From Mobula hypostoma (lineage: Eukaryota), in the NCBI RefSeq assembly GCF_963921235.1, contig NC_086097.1, forward strand, positions 73,534,001 through 73,598,000: a stretch of DNA of 64,000 nucleotides. The letters run 5' to 3'. A program made the position numbers and the translations under genes. Positions 38,514 through 51,669 of this stretch are shown here, in pieces. The notes beneath the pieces were generated by a model. The model worked only from the letters and a program-made list of their open reading frames with translations, was not told where the DNA came from and did no database searches. Within the stretch, counting starts at the first letter, position 1; every line of letters begins with the position of its first letter.

Positions 38514-39839
38514 CTAAAGACATAAAATCAGTCGTATGTTAATTTGATAAGACACAACATCAACGAATATTTTCCGATGTGGAAACATCATCTTTAATCA
38601 TTGCTGGGACACTGTGGAAGTAGATTACCTGCACAATAAGGAGTGCAGTGGTTCAGGAAACAGATGACCACCAACCATAGATAGGTGATAAATCCTTACT
38701 TTCTCAACTACATACCTCTTGCACCAACTACTCCAAGAGTACAGAAATTTAAAGAACAATCTGAAACTACCTTTGTTGTCTTGTGCTTAAAGATATTCAG
38801 TAAGATTACATAATAAGCAGTTAAGTACAGTAGGCAACACGCGTTTTTGTAATATTTTACGTAATTATTTTGGCAATGGCCTAATGTTCTTGCTCTAATA
38901 GTTTTAGTTTTCATCAAAGTAAATTTGAAATAGCCATTAATCTCGGGACAAGACTTTGATTTGATTGACTTGGAAGTCACTCCAAAGTCACAACAGCTAA
39001 AGGATGAACTCTTGCACAGAAATGCATTTCATTTAATACCAATGTAACCGAGGCTAAGCTGAAGCCAGTCCTAAATCCCAAAAGAAACAAAATCCAGCAT
39101 AATCCTCTCAGTTAATTCTGAACAGTGGCCGGGTGCCAAAGTGATATGTAACTATTAGGGGAGAAAATACAGTTTTTTTTCCCCCTAAATTTGACCCAAC
39201 TCCGGAAGTGTGGCTGGATATGTTAATCCTGACCATATTTTCCTTAAAATATGATATATAAAGGTGCATTCACATTGAGATGTGAAATAATAAATTAGAC
39301 CTAAAATTGCCAATGGTTGGTAAATGCATACTGACCTACTAATTAACTCATGATTTATAGAATCACTTTTACCTACTGACAAAGCTGCAGAAAACATGAG
39401 CATAAATTAAAAATTTTAGGCATTTGATTTTCTGTTCAAGTTCCATGCAGAATAAGTTGATATTTGATCTTGTGTGCAGATGCTTTTGGAAGCACACCAC
39501 AGCATCACTTTTTCCCTTTTTCAAATAAAAGAAAGGCAGTGAGTGTAAAATACACATAAACCACAAATTCAACATTTACAAAAGCTGAGTAAACCATATT
39601 TAAATTCAGAAATTTGAATAATACAATAACCATTCAAGTAGAAATAAAAGAATTTGTTCCATGAAAAGGTCACAATTGTACAATAATGTTAGTTCTATCT
39701 CACACTGCAGCATTTGGTACACATCATCATCCCACAAAAAAAAAGTGATAGGAATCTGGTTATCTGCTTTTGATGATGTTGATCAAGGAATTTTATGAAA
39801 ACATGATAGCTCTGTGCTTTTCCCTGACAAAGAAAATAA

Positions 39840-40365
39840 AATTCAAAATCTTCAAAGTACATTATCAAAGTATGTATACATTATACAACCTTGAGATTCG
39901 TCTCCTTACAGACAGCCATAAAACAAAGAAACCCAAAAGAACCCATTAAAAACTGCCCAGTGTGCAGAGAAAATAAAATCATGCAAACAATAAAAGTAAG
40001 CAAATAGCATTCAGAACTGAAGTTTTACAAAAGACACAAAGCCAGGCATCACAGCAGCAGGCCACAGCTTCAGTTCATCGCAGAGCCAAGTAAATGGTGT
40101 GGGACCACAGACACGAAGCCAGGCATCACTGCAGCAGGCCACAGCTTCAGTTCAGCACACAGCTGAGTAAACATAGCGAGCAGAACCGGCCCATTCCTTG
40201 CCCCTGGTCCCAACAACAGCCTGGCCTTTTCAATCTGGCCCGGTGCTTAAATCATCTGAACATCGGGTCATTCCTCGCTCTTGGATCATTCTGGGGCTTG
40301 GACTCCACCACCAAAACGATTCAGCCCATACCCAACCTTTCCAGTTCGGCCCAGCGCTTAAATTG
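39840..40365 (-). mobile_element. Interspersed non-coding repeat related to 14635-14870, with an internal ~43-bp duplication
   Basis: Shared AAAGTACAT(TT)ATTATCAA...ACAACCTTGAGATT...AAGAAACCCAAAAGAACCCAT; AAGCCAGGCATCAC.GCAGCAGGCCACAGCTTCAGTTCA occurs twice. Confidence 0.6.
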
Positions 40366-40367
40366 AT

Positions 40368-40867
40368 CAGATATCTGGACTTTCCTTGCTTCCGCCGACC
40401 AAAGGGCTTAAAAAGAGGATTTTCATAGCAGTCATAGAGTCCATTCTCACTTACGGATGTGAGATGTGGACACTCACCAAGATGATGCGAAAGTTTCTAG
40501 ATGGTTGTTATACACGAATGCTCCGGATGGCTCTGGACGTGAGTTGGCAACAGCACGTGACAAACGTCGAGCTCTATAACAACCTACCGATGCTCACCAC
40601 TAAAATCGAGGCGAGAAGACTGCAACTAGCGGGGCACTGTCTACACCACCCCAAGCTACCTGCCAGCCTAGTCATCATATGGGAGCCCAAGCATAGGAGG
40701 ATGAACCCTGGGCGCCCTCCCAAGACTATGGTCAACATGCTCCTAGAAGGCAGCAGTGCAGCCAATGTAGATGAACTGAACACACTGATGAGGGAGAGGG
40801 AGAAATGGAGAGTCCGTCATCATGCCCGACTTTGGCCCCCTAGGCCTGAGTCGACGTAGTAGTAGTA
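40368..40867 (+). mobile_element. 5'-truncated RTE-like LINE 3' end
   Basis: ORF 40386-40859 IESILTYGCEMWTL, DGCYTRMLR, LAGHC, GRPPKT; (TAG)n tail. Confidence 0.85.
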
Positions 40868-41616
40868 CTTGCTTCTGCCTCCTCCTCTTCCCACCACTGC
40901 TTGCCTTCAACATGCCTCATCTTCATCTCTGCCTCTTCTCAACTAGCCTCATCCCTGCATGCTTCTCCATTGTTAATGGCTCTTGGTAGGGTCACCCATG
41001 CCAGAAAGGTCAAAGAGTAGAGGCCAGACTAAGATTGGTCCACTGGTCCACTGGTCCTCAGGTTTGGGGGCTCAGCTCAGGGCCAACTACCCTGACTGGT
41101 AAAAATAAACTGTTACGGAAACAGCAATGAAAAATCCTTCTATATCTGTAAGTGGCTGTATGGACAGACAGAGATGGAGGACCTTCATCGCTGCCCTAAA
41201 GGGCAATAGTGTAACAGGCAGTAAGTCAGTCGCTGGACAGCACCAGCTTAAACCGGAAGCATCTAAGCACTAATTTGAAGCACCTCAGAAGCCCTTCATC
41301 TGTTATCACCTTTTGAATGGGACTGAAGTCTATCAATGAGCTTCCCCAAAGGTCCAGCAATCAACTACTTCTTCTCAAAAATGTGCCAGATTTTTCCCCC
41401 AAAGTGGGGGAAAACTTTTACCTTTCATCCCAAGCCTGAAGCCTCCACATCCACTTCCTGCACATAACAATTATAGACAATGAGAACATAAACTAGAGAA
41501 CACTGAAGAGTTCAACGTGCCGCAGAATACAACTTTTGTGATAGTACGGGTCAAATATTCAAAGCGTTAGTTTTTGCTGCATTTCCAAATGTAATTTCTG
41601 CATTGAGAATTTTGCT

Positions 41617-42133
41617 GTTTTCCCAAACGATATTATGCTTAAATTTGGAGAAAATTAGAAGTAATCTTTATGATTCCTCACTTAAATTTGAACAGACCTG
41701 GAGATCTTTTATCCAATATTTTCATTTAATGTAATTTCTATTCTCTTTTGTTCCATATCTATATTCCCTTCTTGTCTTTTTTTTAAAACTGTTTTTAATG
41801 GAGGTCGGGTTTGAGGACTTGATTTTAAGTTCTTTAACTCTACCTGTTTCCAAGTTAGCACATTGCTTTGCTTTGCTTTTAGTTTAGTTGCACGGTGGGT
41901 TTTTTTTTTGGGGTCTTTTTTTGGGTTTTTTTTCCCCCTTTTCTCTATTGATATATATATATAAATCAGTATACTATTATTTTACCATATTATTTTATGT
42001 TTAAATTGCACTGTTTGTATCAATTTTTTCTTCTGTATTAATATCTCCTGTATTTCTAACAGTGTATTAGTGCCTTTATGGTTTACCCTTTGTATACTTA
42101 TTCATAAAAAGATTTAAAAAGAAAAAAAAGAAA
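41617..42133 (+). mobile_element. 5'-truncated L1-type LINE 3' end with A-rich tail
   Basis: LNLEKIR...KFEQTWRSFIQYF* (L1 ORF2 C-terminus-like); A-rich tail; 12-bp TSD GAGAATTTTGCT at 41605-41616 and 42134-42145. Confidence 0.8.
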
Positions 42134-43149
42134 GAGAATTTTGCTACCATCCCATAAAATGTAATTATTTGCCTGCAGTGTACCACTACAAAGAGGTCAC
42201 AAGGACAAAAAGAACTACAGTGATTTAGCTCTGATTATCACTAAACTGTTCATCCTTTAAACAATCAAGTTTTTAAAGTTAAAACAAAATTGCATAAATG
42301 ATTCTGTGAATTAAATGGCAAAATACACATTGTGAGGTGTGGGGGAGGAGTCATATGTTACCATCTTCCCATTATGCCCGGCACTATTTGTAGGACATAA
42401 GAAATACCACAACGATATTACACACTCTGGAATGATATCTTAATTTGCAGAGATTGCTACCATGAAATAACTTTCAGCTCAGCAGTAAAACCATTAAGAA
42501 CTGTTGTCTATCTCCCCTTTCCTGTCCATCTTCTTTCTGCCTTCTGCACCTGCACAAGGACACAGCTGAGACGGGCTCCAATGCCACCACCTGCTATTCC
42601 CACTCCAATGCCCAGTTCAGCCTCGGAGTACCACTGGGTCGAGGGGCTGAATCCAAAGTCAGTTTTATACAGGCCAACACAAAAATACAGAGAATATTTT
42701 ATTTTTATCTTCGCTTTACTTTGATACGTTTAGTTAATTTCCAGGACTTCAAAATATTAACTTTTTTCGTATTTACTTATTTATTCATTTGAACTATTTT
42801 AATTAAACCCTTTTTTTTTTAAACAGTTCAACAAATGACTAGCTGTCAAAAGGCCGTCCCCTTTTGACCTGGAGGGAGGGGCAGTGCTCCAACTGTCAGA
42901 GTTCTTGCTATACTTCACAGGAGCACACCAGCCCACTCTACCCAGCACAGGGAAGTGTGGGCCAGTGGGCACCACGGGCAATGAACTCAGGCAGCAATCC
43001 CGATCTAGTATGATCAGCCTCAATATATCTCAGTGCCTCATTGCCTCTAGTTTCCTATCACTGAAATAGTTGCTGTTTCGATTGTTCTTTCATCCTTTCC
43101 CATTGCTTTCTCCCCCCCCTCCCCCATAGCAACGGCATTTTTGCTGCTG

Positions 43150-43480
43150 GCAGACCTAATATGCTCAACTAAGTAGTACCCCAGTCTACATTGGGTTTCA
43201 CCAGTGTCGAGGAGGCTACACCAGGAGCACAGAAACAAAAGGAGGGCCCAACAGACTCAAGTGAAACGCTGACTCACCTGGAAGGACTGTTTGGGGCCCT
43301 GAATGGTGATGAGGGATGAGCTGTAAGGGTGGGTGTAGCATTTGTCATGCTTGGAGGGATAAGTGCCGGGAAGGACATCTGCGGAGAGGAACGAGTGGAC
43401 AAGGGAGTCGCAGAGAAAGTGAGACCTATGGAAACTGGTGGGGAAGGGGTATGGAGGGTAAGATATAGACACTTGTACGG
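43150..43480 (-). mobile_element. Old Penelope GIY-YIG linker fragment
   Basis: DSLVHS...PGTYP...TIQGPKQSFQVSQRFT, as in the element at 18124-18444. Confidence 0.7.
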
Positions 43481-45049
43481 CATGAGGGGGAAAATGAATC
43501 AGCCGTGATGAAATGGTGGAGCAGTCTCAAAGAGCCAAATGGCCTAATCTGCTTCTATATCTTATGGTCTTATGATTCATTATACAAAAGTAAGTGCAAT
43601 ATCTACTACAATGCTATGATTAAACAGTAAGTTATTTGTGAGACCGAACCCTGAATCCTCCATGATCTTCAAACTATCACTGCTGAGGATCTTTAATAAT
43701 TACTTGAACTAGTGGTCTGACTGTCAGGTTAAATGCCCATGGCATTAGCAGCAGTGTTTATATAAATTACAGACAGTTCTGTGTTATTGTTTCTCAGTGG
43801 GTAGTAACTTGACAGTATCTGCCTAACCTCTGTGCCTGCACATCCATACAAGGCTGTCAGGTAGAGACTCTCATCCCATTACTTTGAATCTCAGAGGCGC
43901 CACTGTCCTCCACTAAATTGAAATTTGCTTTGAATACACAGAAACATAACAGATAAGATTTTAAAGGGAATCAATTTAAGTAATTTAATTGAGATGTTCT
44001 GGTGCTGTATCTGCTATATAATCAGTTTGCCTTGCTTGCAACCAGGTTACCTTTCCTGCTGCCCTTTGAATGCTGTTCCATCAGTAACAAAAATATGTAC
44101 AGTGCAACTATGTAAGCTTTCACAACACCTCTTCACCATAGCAACAGAAGACCAAATCATTATGGACCATCTCTATTCGGCACTTTAAGTTTAGGAGAAG
44201 GATCCTAACACAAGCTATGCACTTTCAAATATCACAATCCAACTGTTAATTATTAATGAATGGTAGACATACAGTAGAGGGAACTTGAAATTTACAGGAG
44301 TTTTGAGTTGTATAAAATTTCTTGAATTGGATAACCCCTCACACATCTTAATAAAATCATGTAAGCTCCATAGAAATATGCTGTATTTTTATAAATCTCA
44401 ATAATTATTGTTTACTATTCCAGGAATCCATTATTATTGGTAATTCCAGAAGTCCTGAATAATATTCAGATCAAAAAGTTTTGCTAAATGGTTTCACCCC
44501 TTTTGTTATCTTTATTTTTCAAAAACGCACATCCTCTCAATTTGCAAGGAAGTGTGACTGACTTTTCATATATTTCCACAGCACTGAACAAATCTTAAAA
44601 TGACACAATATCAAAATAATGACAGAGACTTGCCAGCAAGAAGGGAAGCCAGAGCAGAAAAGTTACAACGTTTTCCTGAGGAAGTTTATAGAAGGGGTGT
44701 GCATAAGGGGATGAGAGATAAAATTGGGAAGAGAAATGCAACCTCATTGGCTCTCCACTCAACTTCAGATCACCTGGACAATTGACAAGCTGCTGCTCAT
44801 TGATTACACTCAGCATTCAACATGATCATCCCTTCAGTACTAATCAACAAGCCTCAAACCCGGGCCTCTATAACTCCCTTTGCAACTGGATCCTTGACTT
44901 CCTCACTGGGAGACCACAGCCAGTGTGGATTGGATATCACTTTCACAAAGACAATCAACATAGGCATATCCGAAGATGCATGCTTAACCACTGCTCTACT
45001 CTCTCTATATTCAATGCGACAAATTTCTATTGACATCCCTTGGAGATTT

Positions 45050-45160
45050 CTTCTTTCAGTTAGCCCTGACGAAGGGTCTCGGCCTGAAATGTCGACTGCA
45101 CCTCTTCCTATAGATGCTGCCTGGCCTGCTGCATTCACCAGCATTTTTTGTGTGTGTTCG
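45050..45160 (+). mobile_element. Penelope pseudo-LTR fragment with near-intact hammerhead motif
   Basis: CTGACGA-AGG(gtctcgg)CCT-GAAA-TGTC-GACT at 45066-45097. Confidence 0.75.
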
Positions 45161-45171
45161 TTATATCACTG

Positions 45172-45225
45172 CTGTTGTGTCTGCACAACTACATATCAAT
45201 TAAGTAAAGGCACGCACCTGGAAGG

Positions 45226-45279
<54 letters not shown>

Positions 45280-48236
45280 CGCAAGTGAGAGAGAGAGGGG
45301 GGGAGAGAGGGAAGGAGGGAGATGGACAGGGAGGGAGAGGGGATGGGGGAGGTTAGGATTACCCTCAGCTGACCATCCTTGCATGGTGATGTCATAGACT
45401 TCGGACAATGTCAGTTCATTCTTTGTTTCGCTTCGTATTTCAAAATTTGTTACCAACAACTGGTCCACCAATGCTGTGTGGGATACTTCTGCTGGGTCAC
45501 AGAATGAAGACTTTTCTTTTTCTGTTGTCAGTAGTGGAACAGGTGACAAGCTGTCAGTAATGCTGTGTTGTTTGGTACCCCTTAACTGTCATAACAGCGG
45601 GCTCCTAGGAAAAGTACTCAACGTTGCAACTAGGTAGTAGTCATCACTGGGAATCCCTTCCTGGGATTGAAAATGTACACAAGGGGCAGGGGGTCTGTCA
45701 CTGGAGTAAACATTTGTCCCCATACTAGACTAAGGGCCTCTCCGTCGATCTATGCATAGTTATGTTCTGCATTCGTCAGTGATCTTGAAGCAAATGCAAT
45801 GGGGCGTTCAGATCCATCTTTCGTAGTGTGTGACAAAACTGCACAAATACAATAAGGGGACACATGAGCAGTTCATCTGACGTTATTAGTCTCTGTTTCC
45901 TTGAATGCTCTTTCACATCTTTCTGACCATTCCCACTTTGCTCCTGTTTGCAACAGTGCATTCAATGGGTGCAGCACTGTAACAATGTTTGGGAAAAATT
46001 GGCGTTAGTAGTTTACCAGGCCCAGGTATGACCTGAGTTGTGACACATTTTCTGGTTTGGGTGCCTGAATACTGCTTCAGTCTTCTCTTGTGACTTATGT
46101 AAACACTGCTTGTAAATGACTTATCCAGAATATGAGATTTCATTCTTCAAAACTCACATTTCCCTCTCTTTGCTGGCAGACCATATTCACTCAGCTTGAT
46201 ATGCATTTTAACCAAGGTTCCAGAGGTACTCTTCATCATTCTTGCCAGTCACAATGATGTCATCAAGGTAACATTGTGTTCCTGATCTTGGAGCACTTGG
46301 TCCATTGTTCTTTGTCAAACTGCTGGAGCTGATACGATGCCAAAGACGAGACAATTATATTGCAACAGTACTTTGAGAGTGTTGATTGTGAGGAACTTTC
46401 TGCTTGACTCCTTAATCTCCATTTGCAGATAGGCTTCTGACAAGTCAATCTTTGAAAACCTTTCCTTGTCTGCCAAAGATGCAAAAATGTCTTTTCGTAG
46501 TGGGGATATTGTGCAGTACACAGCACAGGGTTGATACTCACTTTGACGTACTAGTACACACAGACAGCTCCAGCCTTCCCTTCCTTGATCACAAGGATGA
46601 CAGGTGTGGCCCAATCGCTCCACTCAACTTTGGAGACAATGCCAGATGCCTCCAAGCTCTGAAGTTCATCATCCACTTTAGGACATAGTGCATAAAGCAC
46701 TGGGCACACTTTATGGAATCTTGGTGTTACTGCTTCATCCAGCTCAATTCTGGCCTTCATACCTTTGAGTTTACCAATACTCTTCTCAAACACCTTCTCA
46801 TTAGCATTAAGCAGCTGCGAGAGTCTCTGGTCATTGCTACCATTTGGGTTGCAGTTGCCTATTGATATCACATTGAGAGCTGCGATTGTGCACCAGTCTA
46901 GTTGGATTTTTCTCAACCATTCACGTCTGAAAAGTGTTGGCCCTCCACTTTTCAACACAAATCTCTAACTGCTGTGTTTTGCCTCCGAACATCACACTTA
47001 CTTTCAGTTTGCCTCGGGGAGACATTTTTTTTTTGCCCACGTAGGTCTTTCGTATCATAAAGCTTTTTTCTAACGGTAGCTTAGAAAGCAGTTTGTTGTA
47101 GTCAACCTCTGAAATTACAAAGCTGACCCTGTATCTAACTCCATTTTCAGTACTACACCAGACGCATCGATTGTAATCCATATTAATTTGCAATCTGCTT
47201 CAGTAATGTTATGCAGTTCTAAGCATATCACCTTTGCCAGACTCTGCGTTGGTCTGATTAAGTTTCACATTCAATCATTTTATGCATTTGTTTGGTTTGT
47301 GTTTGAAACTTTTTGTTGTGTGCTTTTTCTCTTTGGTTATGCTTTTTGTCTGACTTGCACACACTGTGGCCTTGTCTGTAACACTTCCTGCAAACTTTTT
47401 TCTTTGAATCAACAGTTATTTGCATCATTGGAGGATTTGCCAATAACATTTTTGGCTTTTGTGTACAGGTACATTTTGTGTGTTTCGCATTCTACACTCT
47501 TCTTCTGTAGGTCTGACACATCCGTTTCTGCTGTCTCCAACGATATTGCAATGGCCAATGCCCGTTCTAAGATTAGGTCTCTTTCTGTCAGTAGCCTCTT
47601 CTGCATGCCACATACAGGCCTGTCCCTTAATGCATCAGAAAGTCTCTCTCTAAAGTTATAGTATTCAGAAATGCTTTCATTCTTTGACTGGTTCCTTTTG
47701 TAAAATTTATATCTCTCAGCTATTACCAGTAGTTTAGAGCACAAGTGATTTTGTAAAAATTTCATTGAACGTCTGCTTGCTTACTGGCTTTTCAGAAGTT
47801 ACTAAGTGGCGTAAAAGCTTGTACATTTTAGTATCCTCTAAGCTAATAAGTGTGAATATTTTCCTTTCCTCATCCATGTTATTCATGTTACAATAGAATT
47901 AAACACTCTCGATACACGATTCCCAGTCCTCACTAGCACTATCAAATCCATCTACTTTCACAACTAAAGCCATCATCACATTATCTTCACTTCAACTTTG
48001 CTAGTCGTGTGTCTTTCACTGTGTGCTATGCAGTTACTCAGCCGATACTTTGTTAACATCCACGATGGTCGTCTTCGTACTGATTCACTCTTTCCCCTCA
48101 CTCTCTCTCTTCTTTCCTCTGAAGTCTGTCATTCTGTAACTGTGCAGCTGGTGACATTTGCTGATATTCAGGTTTGTACTTGTCGTCAATTTGTTGCATC
48201 TGCACAGCTACATATTAATTAAATAAAGGCATACGA
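45172..48236 (-). mobile_element. Old, degenerate Ty3/Gypsy LTR retrotransposon
   Basis: Gag-like IAERYKFYKRNQ, DALRDR; GGPTLFRREWL; VEWSDWATPV; FSKIDLSEAYLQ (RT); similar ~45-bp terminal segments at 45172-45220 and 48192-48236. Confidence 0.75.
45229..45298. repeat. Compound microsatellite (GT)n(GC)n(GA)n
   Basis: Direct reading. Confidence 0.95.
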
Positions 48237-48794
48237 ACTTTCCGACCATCAAGGACATCTTCTAAAGGTGGTGACTCAAGAAGGTGGCGTTCATCATTGA
48301 GCATCCTCACCATCTAGACCATGCCCTCTTTTCATTGCTATTACTGTGGAGGCTGAGGATGCACATTCAACATGGACACTACCTCACTAGTTTGCTCTAA
48401 TTTTCACAATTTATCTATTTTACATTTTTTTTGTTATAACTTATGGTCATTTCTCTATTGCACTGTTTGCTGCCACAAACAAAATTTAACAACACATCAG
48501 TAATACTTGACCTGATACTGATTTTTAAAAAATCTAAATTCAGTAACCTCAAAAGTAAGATCGTAATGCATGAACCACCTTACATATTTAATGCAACACA
48601 AATGACTTGACCACTTTAGATAGTTTAAGATTTACAGTATCCCTAAACTCTGCCATTCAGTAGTTCGACACAACAAGGGCTATTATCTTACCTACATCAT
48701 TGGCCTTGCACATCAGTTAGCTCACCACACCGTATCAATGAATCCCATGCTGCTGCATACAGAGCTGCCCATCTTTGTGCAAAAACCTTGCTTA

Positions 48795-50470
48795 AACCAC
48801 AAGACATAGGCGCAGAATTCAGCTATTCGAGTCCACTCTGCTATTTCATCATGACTGATCCCAGATCCCATTCAACCCCACACACCTGCCCTTTCACCAT
48901 ACCCCTTGATGCCCTGACCAATCAGGAATCTATCAACTTCTGTTTTAAGTATCTCCACAGACTTGGCCTCCATCGCAGTCTGTGGCAGAGAATTCCACAG
49001 ATTCTACTCTTTAGCGACAAAAACTCCTCCTTCCTACTGTTTGAAAAGATCACCCAATTTTGAGATTGTGCCCTTTTGTTCTGGATACCTGTACCAGAGG
49101 AAACATCCTTTCCATATCCACCTTATCTAGTCCTTTCAATGTTCTGTAGGTTTCAATGAGATCACCCCACATTCTTCTAAATTCCAGTGAGTACAAGCCC
49201 AAAGCTGCCAGATGCTCCTCATGTTAACCCCTTAATTCCCAGAATCATCCTTGTTTATCTTCTCTGGACTCTCTCCAATGACAATACATCCTTCCGAGAT
49301 AGAAACATAGAAAAACCTCAAGCACAATACCGGCCCTTTGGCCCACGATGCTGTGCCGAACATGTACTTACTTAGAAATTACCTAAGATTACCCATAAGC
49401 CCTCTATTTTTCTAAGCTCCATGTAGCTATCCAGGGGTCTCTAAAAAGACCCTATCGTATCCCCCTCCACCACTGTCACCGGCAGCCCATTCCATGCACT
49501 TGCCATTCTCTGCGTAAAAAACTTCCCCCTGACATCTCCTCTGTACCTACTTCCAAGTACCTTAAACTGTGACCTCTCGTGTTAGCCATTTCAGCCCTGG
49601 GAAAATGCCTCTGACTATCCACATGATCAATGCTTCTTAGAGATAAGGGGCCCAAAACTGTTGACAATACTCCAAGTGTGGCCTAACTAGTATCTTATAA
49701 AGCTTCAGCATTATCTCCTTGTTTTTTATATTCTATTCCCCTTGAATAAATGCCAACATTGCAGTTGCCTTCTTTACCACAGACTCAACCTGTGAATTTT
49801 TTGCCCATTCTTCCAATTTGTCTAAGTCCTGATGCAATTGCATTGCTTCCTCAGCACAACCTACCCCTTCACCTATCTTTATATCATCCACAAACTTTGT
49901 CACAAAATCACCAGTTCCATTATCTAAATTATTGACAAACAATGTGAAAAATAGTGGTCCCTGAGGAACACCACTAGTATGGGTAGCAACCAGAAAAGGT
50001 CCCCTTTAGTCCCAATCACTGCCTCCTGGCTGTCAGCTATTCTTCTATCCATGCCAGTATCTTTCCTGCAATGCCACAGGATTTTATCTTGTTAAGTAGC
50101 CTCATGTATGATACCTTATCAAATGCCTTCTGAAAATCTAAGTAAATGACAGCCACTACCCCTCCTATGTCCACATTGCTTGTTACTTCCTCGAAGAACT
50201 CTAACAGATTTGTCAGGCAAGATTTCCCTTGACAGAAACCATGCTGACTTTGACTCATTTTATCATTAGTCTCAAAGTACACCAAAGCCTCTTCCTTAAT
50301 AATAGACTCCAACAATTTCCCAAACACTCAGGTTAGGCTAACTGGCCTATAATTTCCTTTCTTTTGTCTTCCTCCCTTCTTAAAGGGTAGAGCAACATTT
50401 GCAATTTTCCAGTCCACTGAGGCCATGCAGCATCACGTGATTCTTGAAAGATCACGACCGTGCTTCTGCT
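48795..50470 (-). mobile_element. Decayed CR1 LINE with a second CR1 3' end nested at ~49297-49635
   Basis: QHGFCQGKSCLTNLLEFFEE, KFVDDIK; nested piece has its own ATAGAAACATAGAAA tail. Confidence 0.8.
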
Positions 50471-51669
50471 GTTTGAAGGTCAGTGAGCAACCTGCAGTGC
50501 TCGGGTGATTACGCGTTGATATTTGAGGTGATTTGTCTGGAGTGCAGAAATATTTTTCTTTTGCATTCAGAGAATGGGAGATGCCTAGAACCAGCTACCA
50601 GATGTAAGGGAGAAAATAGATATGGAAGTGGTGTTGAGGCTTTCAGCTGAGTACATGTGTATGTATGGAATGGAAGGATATGAATCATGTGCAAGCAGAA
50701 GAGATTTAGTTTTAATTTGGCACCGTGAATGGTATAGACATCATAGACCAAAGGACCTGGGCTGTACTTTTCTATGTTATATGATGGCAAACCTAATACA
50801 TGATCACCGTCTTTAGATGGTAAACCTGAGGATAACTGAAAGGGAGGTGGGATTATGGTGTAAAAATCTCACACTTAGCGCTGCTACTAACTTCACCAAC
50901 CCAGTTTGTGCACACAGACCCCCTATTGAACCACAACCCTTATACTACCTATGCTGCACAATACACAGTGACTCTCTTCCATCTTTGTCGCAGGACACAG
51001 TGGTAACAGCAGCAAAGGTGATCAGATAGACTTGCTGATCTAAAGTGCAATTGAATGCACTGTACTGATCATCACTCTCACTGCTGGTTGTCAAAACTCA
51101 GGCCAGTGGCCATACTGAAATTACTTAATGTGATAGCATACTCACATTGAGATCTCCTTCTCATGTCCCTAATCCCACCCAAACCAAAAGTGGTGCTGAA
51201 GTAGACGATCAGGCTCTGCAGAGAAGGTAAAGAAAGCCAAGTAGCTTACTTCTGTTTTTACTGTTCTTACTTTCAGATGCTGTATAATGCACTATAGATA
51301 TCCTATTGCAGATCCAACAATACATGTAATATTCATAAAAATGGGCACTAATGGTCCAGTTTTGAACCACAATGTATCCATAGCAACAGAACCAGATTTT
51401 TTTTTAATTAGGAAAATATGCTTAGATAAGCACAAGTATAATTATTTGCATTTCTAAAAATAATTATTTGAGATAATGCTTCAGCAATCTACCTGAACAG
51501 AAAACCAGCACTGACAATGAGTTCATGTTTTGAAAGGTCCATTTCCATCAAAATCGATGAATGAATTCTACAATGGCCGCTGATCTGCAACTTCTCGGCA
51601 TCCAAGCTCCAAACATAAAACTTGGGGGATAAAAGGGGAATATAATCATATTTTACATCGAGCTCAGAA

